A DNA stretch of 64,000 bases from contig NZ_DATCSD010000313.1 in assembly GCF_036568665.1 (NCBI RefSeq), forward strand, positions 1,569 to 65,568, in the 5' to 3' direction. Shown piece by piece: positions 47,449-57,227 of the stretch (its first letter is position 1; each line of letters begins with the position of its first letter). Under the pieces are notes generated by a model. The model searched no databases. It saw nothing but the letters and a program-made list of their open reading frames with translations, and was not told where the DNA came from. This DNA comes from Ohtaekwangia sp. (lineage in GTDB: Bacteria > Bacteroidota > Bacteroidia > Cytophagales > Cyclobacteriaceae). The translations under genes were made by a program, and so were the position numbers.

Positions 47449-50433
47449 ATGAAAAGACAAAACACGCTCATCCGTTTCTCATCTTTTATAGCTGCAGTAG
47501 CATTGGCTATTATAACGGTATCCCTATACGTTCTTTGGCTTGTGGGAGGCGATGATATAGGCCAGCAATTAAGTGAAATACAAGCCAGTAGTATATTACT
47601 CACGCGGCTTCAATCTTCGCAGGTAGCGCTGACGGAAGGCGTTCAGGAAAATATACTCCGGAACCTGACCATGCAAACCCAGGACTTAAAGAACAGCCTG
47701 ACGAAATTTTCAAAAGATAAAAACCTGCCCGGTATATATGAAAAAACAGAAACGCTGTGGAGAGATATTTCGGCATTAAACGATGCACATTCCGAATTTA
47801 AAAAGCAACTGAACTCCACTCCGGATTCTCTTCGCGCTATAGCACGATCCGATTTTGATAAGCGCTTCGCAGCGATTCTTACTCACGGTACCACAACAGC
47901 TTTATCGATAGAAACAGCTTTGAAGATCTATACACGCTCACTGCGCGATGAGCAGAGCACACAGATGGCTTCATTAAAAAAAACTTCCTGGCTATTGTTC
48001 CTGGCACTTGTTAGCGGATTTGGCGGAATCGGTTATCTCACTTTCAAAAAGCTGAACGCCAATGAAAAGTACCGGCAGGAGTCGGAAGAGAAATTTGCTC
48101 ATGAAAATGTACGCATGCAAACTATGACACGATTTGTCGAAGCTATAGCAAGTGGCTCGTATAGCCAGACCGTTGAGTTTGAAGAAGGCGATCATCTGAC
48201 GCAGATGATGGCAGAGATGAAAAACAAACTACAGGTGTCATCGGAATCGGATCGTAAACGCAATTGGGCAAACGAAGGTATGGCTGAAATTGCCAAGCTG
48301 CTGCGTGACTCTACTACTGCCGAGATACTATATTCCAACGTAACACGCTTCGTTGTTAAATATACCCGCTCCAACCAGGCCAGCCTCTTTGTACTAAACG
48401 ATGAAAACAAGGACAACATTTACCTGCAACTGGTAAGCACGTATGCCTACGATAAAAAGAAGTTTGCTGAAAAGAAATTTGAATTGGGAGAAGGACTCGT
48501 AGGACAAGCGGTGCTGGAAGGCCAAACGGTATATCTCACACAAGTACCGCAGCAGTATATCCGGATCACTTCAGGGTTGGGTGAAGCTCCGCCTACAGCA
48601 GTAATTATTATACCGCTTAAACTGAATGATAAAATATATGGTGCTATAGAAATGGCTTCGTTCCATCCGTATGAAGCATACGAGATTGAGTTCCTCGAAA
48701 AATTGGGAGAAGGTATAGCATCTTCTATTTCAACAGCACAGGTAAATGATCGCACCCGTGCATTGCTGTTGCAAAGCCAGCAACAGGCAGAGGAATTGAA
48801 AGCACAGGAAGAGGAGATACGCCAGAACATGGAAGAGCTCACGGCTACACAAGAGGAAATGAGTCGTAAAGATATGGAGATGACCGGGCAGCTCAACGCG
48901 ATCAATAATACTATGGCAGCGATAGAATTTAGTCTGAATGGTGTTATCAATTCTGCCAATGAAAAATTTCTGCATACAATGGGCTATACGCTGGATGAAG
49001 TGAAAGGAAAACATCACCGCATGTTTGTAGATATAGCGCTTGCTGACAGCCGGGAGTATAAAAAATTCTGGGAAGATCTGAGAAGCGGTATAGCACAGAT
49101 CGGAGAATTTCAGCGCATCGGTAAACATGGAAAAAGTATATGGTTAAGTGCCAGCTATACGCCTATTCTTAATCAGCATGGCGATCCTTACAAGATCATC
49201 AAATTTGCACAGGATATAACCGAACAAAAAATTAAGGCGCTCGACTTTGAAGGGCAAATAAAAGCTGTTAACAATACTATGGCTTCCATTGAATTTACAC
49301 TGGATGGGAAGATCGTTACAGCCAACGAAAAATTCCTCGCTGCCATGGGCTATACATTAAGTGAGATCAAAGGGAAATACCACCGCATGTTTGCTGATGA
49401 GAAATATACCCAGAGCCTGGAATATAATCAGTTCTGGCAGGAGCTTAACAACGGCATATCGCAATCAGGAGAGTTTAGAAGGATTGGTAAAAATAAAAAG
49501 GAAGTGTGGCTCAATGCCAGTTATACTCCTATATTGAATATTAACGGCAAGCCCTATAAGATCGTAAAATTTGCACAGGATGTAACCGCAATTAAGCTGA
49601 AGTCGCTCGACTTTGAAGGACAGATCAACGCTGTAAATAATACCATGGCTTCTATCGAATTTACACTGGATGGTAATATTGTTACTGCCAATCAAAAATT
49701 TCTGGATACGATGGGATATACCCTTGACGAAATAAAAGGAAAACATCATCGCATGTTTACCGATGCTGCACATGCCGGCAGTTATGTGTATCATAAATTC
49801 TGGGAAGATCTGGGGAAAGGTATATCGCAGTCAGGTGAGTTCAGAAGATTGGGTAAAGATCACAAGGAAGTTTGGCTCTCTGCCAGCTATACCCCCATCA
49901 AAGATATTGATGGTCGTCCATATAAAGTAATCAAGTTCGCGCAGGATATAACCGCTGTTAAACAGAAGACACTTGATTATGAGGGGCAGGTAAATGGTAT
50001 ACGAAGATCAAACGCTGTCATTGAATTTGATATCCGGGGAAATATACTCGATGCCAATGAGATGTTTGTGGCGGCTATGGGATATGAAACGAAGGAGCAG
50101 ATCGTTGGCAGGCATCACAGCATTTTTGTTACCGATGAAGAAAAGCAGTCGGCTGAGTATAGAAAGTTTTGGGAACGCCTGGCTCATGGCGAATTTTTTA
50201 CAGGAGAGTTTGTACGAAAAAGAGCAGACGGTTCTGATATACAAATACGCGGAAGCTACAACCCTATATTGGATAGCCAGGAAAAACCCTGTAAGGTCAT
50301 AAAGTTTGCGCAGGTTATCGGCCAGGAACAAAACATCCTGGTGAAGGAAGCACAAGACAGACTCATACAAAAACTGAATGAACAGGAAACGAAGAAGAAC
50401 CGTGTGAACACACACAATCAACCCGATGTGTGA
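47449..50433 (+). CDS. Membrane sensor: 2 TM, GAF, coiled coil and four PAS domains; no output domain
   Basis: TMs near aa 10-32 and aa 180-198; GAF (YAYDKKK...GEGLVGQA..E...YL); PAS repeats at an exact 366-nt period (48904, 49270, 49636, 50002). Confidence 0.85.
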   Translation: MKRQNTLIRFSSFIAAVALAIITVSLYVLWLVGGDDIGQQLSEIQASSILLTRLQSSQVALTEGVQENILRNLTMQTQDLKNSLTKFSKDKNLPGIYEKTETLWRDISALNDAHSEFKKQLNSTPDSLRAIARSDFDKRFAAILTHGTTTALSIETALKIYTRSLRDEQSTQMASLKKTSWLLFLALVSGFGGIGYLTFKKLNANEKYRQESEEKFAHENVRMQTMTRFVEAIASGSYSQTVEFEEGDHLTQMMAEMKNKLQVSSESDRKRNWANEGMAEIAKLLRDSTTAEILYSNVTRFVVKYTRSNQASLFVLNDENKDNIYLQLVSTYAYDKKKFAEKKFELGEGLVGQAVLEGQTVYLTQVPQQYIRITSGLGEAPPTAVIIIPLKLNDKIYGAIEMASFHPYEAYEIEFLEKLGEGIASSISTAQVNDRTRALLLQSQQQAEELKAQEEEIRQNMEELTATQEEMSRKDMEMTGQLNAINNTMAAIEFSLNGVINSANEKFLHTMGYTLDEVKGKHHRMFVDIALADSREYKKFWEDLRSGIAQIGEFQRIGKHGKSIWLSASYTPILNQHGDPYKIIKFAQDITEQKIKALDFEGQIKAVNNTMASIEFTLDGKIVTANEKFLAAMGYTLSEIKGKYHRMFADEKYTQSLEYNQFWQELNNGISQSGEFRRIGKNKKEVWLNASYTPILNINGKPYKIVKFAQDVTAIKLKSLDFEGQINAVNNTMASIEFTLDGNIVTANQKFLDTMGYTLDEIKGKHHRMFTDAAHAGSYVYHKFWEDLGKGISQSGEFRRLGKDHKEVWLSASYTPIKDIDGRPYKVIKFAQDITAVKQKTLDYEGQVNGIRRSNAVIEFDIRGNILDANEMFVAAMGYETKEQIVGRHHSIFVTDEEKQSAEYRKFWERLAHGEFFTGEFVRKRADGSDIQIRGSYNPILDSQEKPCKVIKFAQVIGQEQNILVKEAQDRLIQKLNEQETKKNRVNTHNQPDV

Positions 50434-50478
50434 TTACAACGAAAGCCTGGATAAGTGTGTCTAAATAGAAAGCTCACT

Positions 50479-50898
50479 ATGAAAACGAGGTTTTATATAC
50501 TTATCCTTCTCTTTGCGCTTTGTTGCTGCGAGAGTAAAGACACGGAGTTAACCGCTTCGCGAAAGGCAGCTGGTTTTACCGGTAACTGGACGATTGAGCA
50601 GGTATATGCCAATGACCACTGGGGTGGCCCGCTCACCTGGAGAAATACCGACTGGGGCAAGCAGATCAAATTCACAGCGGATGAATACTACGAAAAAACG
50701 AACGGCACTTTTCAATTGATTGGCTCGTATAAAATAGTTTCCGATACCGAAATTGAGATCACATTAGATCCTCCTGTACAGGATTTCCCAACCTATACAT
50801 TAGGCTATACTTTTGAAGAAGATGGCACACTTACCTTGCGAAAAAATCAATTTGAAGGTGTTGTGGCCGAACGATACCGGTTTAACGCAACGGAATAA
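50479..50898 (+). CDS. Hypothetical lipoprotein (lipocalin-like)
   Basis: MKTRFYILILLFALCC/CES signal, then FTGNWTIE. Likely start 50479. Confidence 0.6.
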   Translation: MKTRFYILILLFALCCCESKDTELTASRKAAGFTGNWTIEQVYANDHWGGPLTWRNTDWGKQIKFTADEYYEKTNGTFQLIGSYKIVSDTEIEITLDPPVQDFPTYTLGYTFEEDGTLTLRKNQFEGVVAERYRFNATE

Positions 50899-50915
50899 GT
50901 CTGGCAAAAGAAATA

Positions 50916-50948
50916 CAACGGTCCGTCTAGACAAAAAACGGACCGTTG
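50916..50948. terminator. Inverted repeat between convergent genes (possible terminator)
   Basis: CAACGGTCCGT / ACGGACCGTTG, 11-bp stem with an 11-nt loop and no clear U-tract. Confidence 0.5.
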
Positions 50949-50966
50949 CGGCTATATATACCTATA

Positions 50967-51617
50967 CTACATAGCCGGTGTGATCTTCAAATTGGCGAAT
51001 GAGCCGTTCGAGGTCACTCCTGCCCAGAAGCCAATTCTTCCGGTTCTATTCTCGTTCAGACTTTCAACTTCCAGGCTTGGCTTGGCAGAATTGTTCACAT
51101 ATACCCTGATCAATTTACCCTGTACGGTGATCTTTACATGAAACCAATCGTCCGGGTTCGGAACAGGATTAACTTTGCTCTCATATTTGCCGGGAGAATC
51201 TGCGCGGAGTTTATCCCAGGGATAATCGGGCATAAATACATACTGTACCGATCTTGGCCTGCGCACCGTGTCCGGATTCATAAAATTAAACGGACGGAAA
51301 TAAATCACCTCATACTTTTTATCTTCCGTTGCATGAAATGCTGCACCAACAAAACTCTGCTGCGGCACATTTCTTCCTTTCACATCAAACTCGATGGTGC
51401 CGTTGGAGAATTTATAGTCTTTCAACAACATATAACCATCACTTTCGGCTTCGCTGAATTGAATAACTTTTTTTCCATTCTCTGTAGTAGCACTCACATT
51501 GCGACCTGTTACATCCCACAATTTCAGGTTATGCAAATCAGGTTGAAAAGTTTGTGCAACCGCTAAAAGATTAACAGCCAGCAACAGCATAAAACTTAAA
51601 CAGTATTTCATAAGCAT
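50967..51617 (-). CDS. Secreted DUF1080-like (ConA/glucanase fold) protein
   Basis: Signal peptide; FSNGTIEFDVKG, FVGAAF, YFRPFNF, WFHVKITV.G..IRVYVN, GRIGFW...F.NL.I. Confidence 0.7.
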   Translation of the reverse strand: MLMKYCLSFMLLLAVNLLAVAQTFQPDLHNLKLWDVTGRNVSATTENGKKVIQFSEAESDGYMLLKDYKFSNGTIEFDVKGRNVPQQSFVGAAFHATEDKKYEVIYFRPFNFMNPDTVRRPRSVQYVFMPDYPWDKLRADSPGKYESKVNPVPNPDDWFHVKITVQGKLIRVYVNNSAKPSLEVESLNENRTGRIGFWAGVTSNGSFANLKITPAM

Positions 51618-51731
51618 TTTTATTTTTGGTTTTTGGATTGAAGTTTCGAACGCCAAAATTCCTGCAAAAGGATTGTTTTTCGTTGTTCAAGTTCGTGCCA
51701 AATCCGTACAAGCCTATACCATTGTTTTACT

Positions 51732-53015
51732 ATGACCAAAAACGGAGAAGAATCAGAAGTTACCCGATGCCTGTTGCTGATCGAATCTCAACTCGGTTGG
51801 GGCGCCAGCGAACAGTGGGTAAACTATGATTTTGAAAAACTGAGCGACACTATTCACGAAAGTACCGGTGTGCGGTTAAGTATAACAACGCTGAAACGCA
51901 TTTGGGGAAAACTGAAATACGACAGCGCTCCAACGCTTACCACACTAAATGCTCTGGCCAAATTTGCCGGCTATACCGATTGGCGCACATTTAAACAGCA
52001 AGGTAACACTTCTGCTACAATAGAAGTGGATGAAGTACAACCCGCTCCGGTTCAGGCAGCCACCGTACGCAAGCATAACACGCGTTACTACTGGTTATTG
52101 CTGTTGATTCCGTTCGCGCTCCTGGGGTATGCACTGATCCCTGCCAGGTATAAAATAAAAAACTATACGATCGACAGCAATCTATACTCTTTCCGTGCAG
52201 ACAAGATGGTAACAGAAGGTGTACCCAACTCGGTTGTGTTTCATTATAATGCTGAAGCTTCTCCTACCGATTCTGTTTTTATAGCGCAGACATGGGACCT
52301 CTCCCGGAAAGTACGTGTACCCAAAAACAAAACGGCACACTCTGCTATCTACTATTACCCCGGCTACTTCCGTGCAAAACTTCTGATCGATACCATTGTT
52401 GTAAAGACGCATGATCTCTGGATTACTTCCGGAGGATGGTTGTGCCTGGCAGAGAATAATCCTGTGCCGCTATATTTCACACAGGCAGAATGTATAAAAG
52501 ACAGTATCGTAGAAGTAAATGAAAGTATATTGAAGAAATACAATCTCTCACTTCATCCGAAAGCTCCGCGTATTCGCTTTTTCAATCAGCGTAACCTGGG
52601 CGATCTGATGAGCGACAACTTTACGTTTGAAACCAAACTGCAAAGTGACTTCAATGAAGGCACCAATGTATGTCAACCCGTACAGGTATTGATTCAATGC
52701 AAAGACGATATAATTATTATACCTTTTTCTGCCAGGAGCTGTGTTGGCGATCTGCAATTAGCGTTCTGCGGAACTTATGTCACCAGTAAAGATGCTGACC
52801 TCTCCAGGTTTGGAGCCGACCTCACTCAATGGACTAAACTTCGGATAGAAACCGTTAACAAACATACTACGATCTATATCAACGATCAGAAAGCATACTC
52901 ATTTACATTCCCCAATGACGCAAGCAACATTGTAGGCATACAATATCGTTTTAATGGTGTAGGAGCTGTAAAAGATACCTGGTTTGAAAATAAAGGCAAG
53001 GTTACCCGGTTTTAA
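51732..53015 (+). CDS. Hypothetical single-pass membrane protein: HTH-like N-terminus, TM, PKD-like and ConA-like domains
   Basis: N-terminal LSDTI...LSITTLKRIWG...TLNALAKFAGY; TM YYWLLLLIPFALLGYALI; beta-rich C-terminus. Confidence 0.55.
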   Translation: MTKNGEESEVTRCLLLIESQLGWGASEQWVNYDFEKLSDTIHESTGVRLSITTLKRIWGKLKYDSAPTLTTLNALAKFAGYTDWRTFKQQGNTSATIEVDEVQPAPVQAATVRKHNTRYYWLLLLIPFALLGYALIPARYKIKNYTIDSNLYSFRADKMVTEGVPNSVVFHYNAEASPTDSVFIAQTWDLSRKVRVPKNKTAHSAIYYYPGYFRAKLLIDTIVVKTHDLWITSGGWLCLAENNPVPLYFTQAECIKDSIVEVNESILKKYNLSLHPKAPRIRFFNQRNLGDLMSDNFTFETKLQSDFNEGTNVCQPVQVLIQCKDDIIIIPFSARSCVGDLQLAFCGTYVTSKDADLSRFGADLTQWTKLRIETVNKHTTIYINDQKAYSFTFPNDASNIVGIQYRFNGVGAVKDTWFENKGKVTRF

Positions 53016-53090
53016 TTTACCAGGCAGGCAAACTTTTTTCTATATACTTTTTGTTACGGCTATACTCTATACTCAATAATCTATCACAAC

Positions 53091-53780
53091 GTGAGCAATC
53101 CGGTTATCAACAAATCCACTTTTGATTTTTTAAAGAAGCTTTCTGCAAACAACGATCGCGAATGGTTCAGCGAGCATAAAGCACAATATGAACTTGCCAA
53201 AGAAAATGCCGAAGCATTTATGGATGCACTCATCGCGAAGATGAATACTCATGATCAACTGGAAAATCCTTCGGGGAAGAAGAGCCTCTATCGCATCTAC
53301 AATGACGTACGCTTCTCAAAAAACAAAGCTCCCTATAACGCCCGGTTTGCCGGTTACCTGAAACGCTCCAAACCTTTGTTGCGCGGTGGATACTATATTC
53401 GCATAAAACCAGGAGCTTCGCGTATAGCCTGTGGATTTATGAATCCTAATACTGATGACCTGAAACGTATACGCGAAGATATAGCAGCAAACTATACCGA
53501 CTGGAAAAAAATACTGAACACCAAGAGCATCAAACAAAACTTTGGTGGTATGCAGGGCGAACAGGTAAAGAGCGCACCACGCGGTTTCTCCAGCGATGAT
53601 CCCGCTATAGAACTTCTTCGCTATAAACAATTCTGGTTCGAGCACACATTTACCGATAGCGAAGTAATGGCACCAGACTTCCTATTGAAAGTAAACAACA
53701 CCTATAAAGCCATTCGCCCGTTCTTCGATTACATGAGCGATCTGCTCACAACAGATTCTAATGGTGAATCGCTGTATTAG
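53091..53780 (+). CDS. DUF2461 family protein
   Basis: FLKKL..NNDREWF..HK..Y, RIYNDVRFSK.K.PY, GGYY, LKRIR.DI, AP.GF...P.IELLR.K; GTG start. Confidence 0.88.
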   Translation: MSNPVINKSTFDFLKKLSANNDREWFSEHKAQYELAKENAEAFMDALIAKMNTHDQLENPSGKKSLYRIYNDVRFSKNKAPYNARFAGYLKRSKPLLRGGYYIRIKPGASRIACGFMNPNTDDLKRIREDIAANYTDWKKILNTKSIKQNFGGMQGEQVKSAPRGFSSDDPAIELLRYKQFWFEHTFTDSEVMAPDFLLKVNNTYKAIRPFFDYMSDLLTTDSNGESLY

Positions 53781-54049
53781 CGATTCACCCAAAAATATAT
53801 TTTTATTTTTTTGACTCCTTCCAGAATCGACTGACTACCTAAACAGAGGGAGTATACTTTCTAAATATTTCCCCGTTCACTCAGTGATTATGCTATATAT
53901 TTTTTTGATGTGTAGTAATATACATTTATATACCCGGATATAGGCGTTGGCAGGGATTGGAAAATCATTCGGTACTCATTTACTTTTGAAAAAGATCTTT
54001 TTTGGCGGAGCGACCAACGCCTGCTAATTATTATTCAACGCAACTATAT

Positions 54050-54244
54050 ATGATGAAACGAAAAATAACAATTCTAATTCCCCTCGGTATTTGTCTCATC
54101 GCTTCTGCAATTTCGTGGGTACTGATCGTTACTGGTATAACCGGAGAAAAAGAAACCTGGCGAGTAATTTTCAGCTCTGCTGGATTATTGGGGATTCTGT
54201 TTCTTACGCTATGGCTCGGCAAAAGAATTTACAAAAAGGCGTAA
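54050..54244 (+). CDS. Small two-TM hypothetical protein
   Basis: MMKRKITILIPLGICLIA...WRVIFSSAGLLGILFLTLWLGKR. Likely start 54050. Confidence 0.55.
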   Translation: MMKRKITILIPLGICLIASAISWVLIVTGITGEKETWRVIFSSAGLLGILFLTLWLGKRIYKKA

Positions 54245-54312
54245 ATATATATCAAAAAAAATGGTGAAGGACCTTAATGAATGCCCTCACCATTATAAGA
54301 ATAGAAACGTAC

Positions 54313-54340
54313 TAACCTTAAACGTTAAACCTTAAACCTG
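54313..54340. repeat. Four tandem heptamers
   Basis: TAACCTT AAACGTT AAACCTT AAACCTG, just past the stop of the convergent hydrolase gene. Confidence 0.6.
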
Positions 54341-54354
54341 GCACCTCAAAGCAT

Positions 54355-55137
54355 CTACTGCTTCGCCAGCCACTCCAATATATAGTCGGCATCTTCCTTC
54401 CAGGTAGACTGCCCCACCACGTAGTGATTTCTTCCTTTAAACTCTTTATAGTCCAGAACAGAGCCGTTCTTTTTATACCGTTTATAGTTACGAAGATTGA
54501 GGTGAGCGGGTATAATGGTATCGAGGTCGCCCGAAGTAAGAAGAAGCGGTACATGCGGTTTATCGAAGTCTACCTTTGCAGCACTGGTTAGTCCGCCACG
54601 TGCTACAGTTTTCGATTCAGGTATAGTATTCTGTTCATACGCTTCCAATTGTTCTTCGAGTGGCATCTCATTGACAAAAGCATATTGCCAGTCTTTAAAC
54701 GACATCAGGTAGGTCTTCTTTAGCGAAGTGAAAAGTCCTAACGCTTTCCATCCTGCTTTTAAAAATGAAAACTCATAGGGAAATACACCCAGTGGCGGAA
54801 CTGAATGTATAGCAACACCGGCCGCTGCAAGATCGCGATTCACAATGATCTGTGTCATCAGTCCTCCCAACGAGTGGCCGATCACAATGGGCTTCTCCGG
54901 AAAACTTTTTACAATACCGGCATAATGATCCACCACTTCGCTGAGCGTAAGCGTGGCAAGATCTATATCATTGGGCTGGCGTTTTCTCAATACATCCGGA
55001 GGAGCATCTTTAAACGGCCAGGGAGGAGCTACACATGTATAGCCTTTACTTTGAAAGTATTCGATCCAGGGATTCCAGCCGAGGTTGGTAACAAAGGCAC
55101 CGGTAACAAAGACGACATTTTTAGTTTGGATGGCCAT
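54355..55137 (-). CDS. Alpha/beta hydrolase
   Basis: GHSLGG nucleophile elbow, GDLD acid, GRNHY histidine. Confidence 0.9.
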   Translation of the reverse strand: MAIQTKNVVFVTGAFVTNLGWNPWIEYFQSKGYTCVAPPWPFKDAPPDVLRKRQPNDIDLATLTLSEVVDHYAGIVKSFPEKPIVIGHSLGGLMTQIIVNRDLAAAGVAIHSVPPLGVFPYEFSFLKAGWKALGLFTSLKKTYLMSFKDWQYAFVNEMPLEEQLEAYEQNTIPESKTVARGGLTSAAKVDFDKPHVPLLLTSGDLDTIIPAHLNLRNYKRYKKNGSVLDYKEFKGRNHYVVGQSTWKEDADYILEWLAKQ

Positions 55138-55326
55138 AACAAAGGGGATTTGGGTAAGTAAATTTCAACTCCCATTAAGTTGACCAATAAATAGTATAAA
55201 AGCGAGAAACGGGCCGATTAATTACGGATATATACCCGGATCAAATAACATGCAACGTTTGCGAGAAGCAACGCAGGTCACGCCTCGTCTACCATTAGAC
55301 AAGATATACCTTGTGCAGGGTATATA

Positions 55327-55725
55327 TCAGGCTACCTTCGACAACTGCTGCTCGGCAATGGCCTGGTTCCGAATGCGCTCGCGATGCTGCGTGCCCCATT
55401 TATTCAGCGACTGCAACACCTCGTGGAGGGAATCTGCATACTCGGTAACTTCATATTCCACCATCACTGGCGTTGTTTCCGTATATACATTTCGTTTGAT
55501 AAAACCATTCATCTCAAGATCCTTCAATTCATTTGAGAGCACACGAGCCGAGATGCCTGTTACCTTGCGCTGCAATTCATTAAACCGCTTGTTACCTTCT
55601 GATAGCGCGATGATAATTCGCAGTTTCCATTTTCCTCCGATCACGTACAGTGCATCACCCACTGCGTTTAGTGCGGCAGTACATTCTGCACTGGAGAGAG
55701 GACTGTTAGGTTTTAATCCTGGCAT
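55327..55725 (-). CDS. HxlR-family winged-helix regulator
   Basis: IGGKWKLRII..L..G.KRFNELQR...GIS..VLS.ELK.LE...V.R......VEY..T. Confidence 0.93.
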   Translation of the reverse strand: MPGLKPNSPLSSAECTAALNAVGDALYVIGGKWKLRIIIALSEGNKRFNELQRKVTGISARVLSNELKDLEMNGFIKRNVYTETTPVMVEYEVTEYADSLHEVLQSLNKWGTQHRERIRNQAIAEQQLSKVA

Positions 55726-55749
55726 ATATAGTTTATGGTTAAGTTACCT

Positions 55750-55811
55750 GAAGGTTAGTACTAACCTTCTGTTCACTACTAATATTTGCATAGCAAAGGT
55801 ATCTATTTTTG
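55750..55811. promoter_or_regulatory. 20-bp palindrome plus back-to-back -7 boxes of hxlR-like and azoR
   Basis: GAAGGTTAGTACTAACCTTC is a perfect palindrome (55750-55769). TACCTTTG lies on the minus strand (55794-55801) and TATTTTTG on the plus strand (55804-55811). Confidence 0.6.
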
Positions 55812-55980
55812 TAACACCAAAGCGCGAAAAAAGCGCTGTCATGACACGCAAAAGAATTTAAAGGTCGAATACACTATTCGAACGGTAAAGCTTTGATCAG
55901 CCCTTATAACAATTCCTCTGTGGTTACGCAGCGGCTGTTCTGCTTGTGCCATTTCGGAAATAAAACTCAACTAAAAAGTC

Positions 55981-56580
55981 ATGAAAAACATATTGCATAT
56001 AGTTTCAAGTCCACGCGGAGAAGAGTCGAACAGTACATTGCTGGGAAATACGATCATTGAAAAATTATTAAAAGAAAATCCCGGAAGTAAAGTTGTTGTG
56101 AACAACGTGATCGATAAAAATTATAAACCACTGCAGTCCGTTCACGTTACGGCTTACCGGTTGCCTGATGATAGTCAAACAACCGAGCAACGCACAGCAC
56201 TTCGTGATTCAGACAATGCGGTAGCCGAGTTATCAGAAGCAGATATAGTTGTCATCAGTTTGCCTATATATAATTTTGCTATACCGGCTATATTAAAAGG
56301 CTGGGTAGATCATATTGTTCGGGGAGGTAAAACATTCAGTTACCAGACCGGCAAAGCAGAAGGTCTGCTGAAAGGCAAGAAAGTATATTTAGCAATTGCC
56401 TCAAACGGAGTATTCTCGGAAGGCCCGCTGAAAGCTATCGATCATGCAGAACCCTACCTGCGATTCATACTCGGCTTTATAGGCATCACCGATATAACTA
56501 CCTATAGAATCGAGGGAGCCGGCATTCCGGGGGTAATGGAAACGGCTGTACAAAAAGGATTGGAAAGTGTACTGGCATAA
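55981..56580 (+). CDS. azoR: FMN-dependent NADH-azoreductase
   Basis: NILHIVSSPRG..S.S, PIYNF.IPA.LK.WVD.I.R.GKTF.Y...GLL.GKK, PYL..ILGFIGI. Confidence 0.8.
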   Translation: MKNILHIVSSPRGEESNSTLLGNTIIEKLLKENPGSKVVVNNVIDKNYKPLQSVHVTAYRLPDDSQTTEQRTALRDSDNAVAELSEADIVVISLPIYNFAIPAILKGWVDHIVRGGKTFSYQTGKAEGLLKGKKVYLAIASNGVFSEGPLKAIDHAEPYLRFILGFIGITDITTYRIEGAGIPGVMETAVQKGLESVLA

Positions 56581-56638
56581 GTATATATACTGTTGGGCTT
56601 TGCTATACAGGCAGAGCTCAGCAGTAAGTATATACCTG

Positions 56639-57163
56639 TTATTGACGTTGCAAGCCGAAATCAAACCGTTCGTGAACAACTCTTTTCATTAAGCCCAGTT
56701 GTCCGCAGTGCCACATGGTGTGTTTTACATTCCAGTCAAGTGCTTCGAATTTATTACTGGCCACCGGATGCGGCACAGGAGTAGGCACCAGTGGATGCTC
56801 CAGATCATCAGGTGTTAATGATTGAATGATCTCGATCGAACGCTGCTGTATAAATTGCAGGTGATTATGCAATTGCTCCGGACTTGCTTTACCCACCGAT
56901 TTCTTCGGAATGCCATGGGTAAAGTATTGATCATACTCCCGCATAGGCACCTGCTGAAGTATATCTTTTTGATGCCCGACTATTACCATAACTGCGTGGA
57001 AGTAGTGACTCAGCACCAAATGGCCTACCTGCCAGCTTATGTTTGACTCAATGATCTCCGGTGTATTCTCCCATTGATTATACGGAACAGGGCTTATCAG
57101 TCTATTCAGCCAATTGTAAGCATCCTGTGTTTGTCGGGCAAGAATTTCCACCGGTGATTTCAT
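56639..57163 (-). CDS. DinB-family protein
   Basis: NISWQVGHL and H..WH.GQ metal-binding His pattern. Confidence 0.8.
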   Translation of the reverse strand: MKSPVEILARQTQDAYNWLNRLISPVPYNQWENTPEIIESNISWQVGHLVLSHYFHAVMVIVGHQKDILQQVPMREYDQYFTHGIPKKSVGKASPEQLHNHLQFIQQRSIEIIQSLTPDDLEHPLVPTPVPHPVASNKFEALDWNVKHTMWHCGQLGLMKRVVHERFDFGLQRQ

Positions 57164-57227
57164 ATCGTACAGTAATTGTATTAAATCACTAATCTATAAG
57201 ATAATTTCAATTACCAACATTATCTTA

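Noticed and set aside
47449-50433. Methyl-accepting chemotaxis protein call
   Set aside because: The PAS units are MCP-associated types, but there is no MCP signalling hairpin.
53942-54022. AGGCGTTGG / CCAACGCCT 9-bp inverted repeat
   Set aside because: It is a single short stem with a long unstructured loop and no second copy seen, so it is compatible with chance.
55250-55861. 203-aa plus-strand ORF
   Set aside because: It fully overlaps the well-supported HxlR-family gene on the opposite strand.
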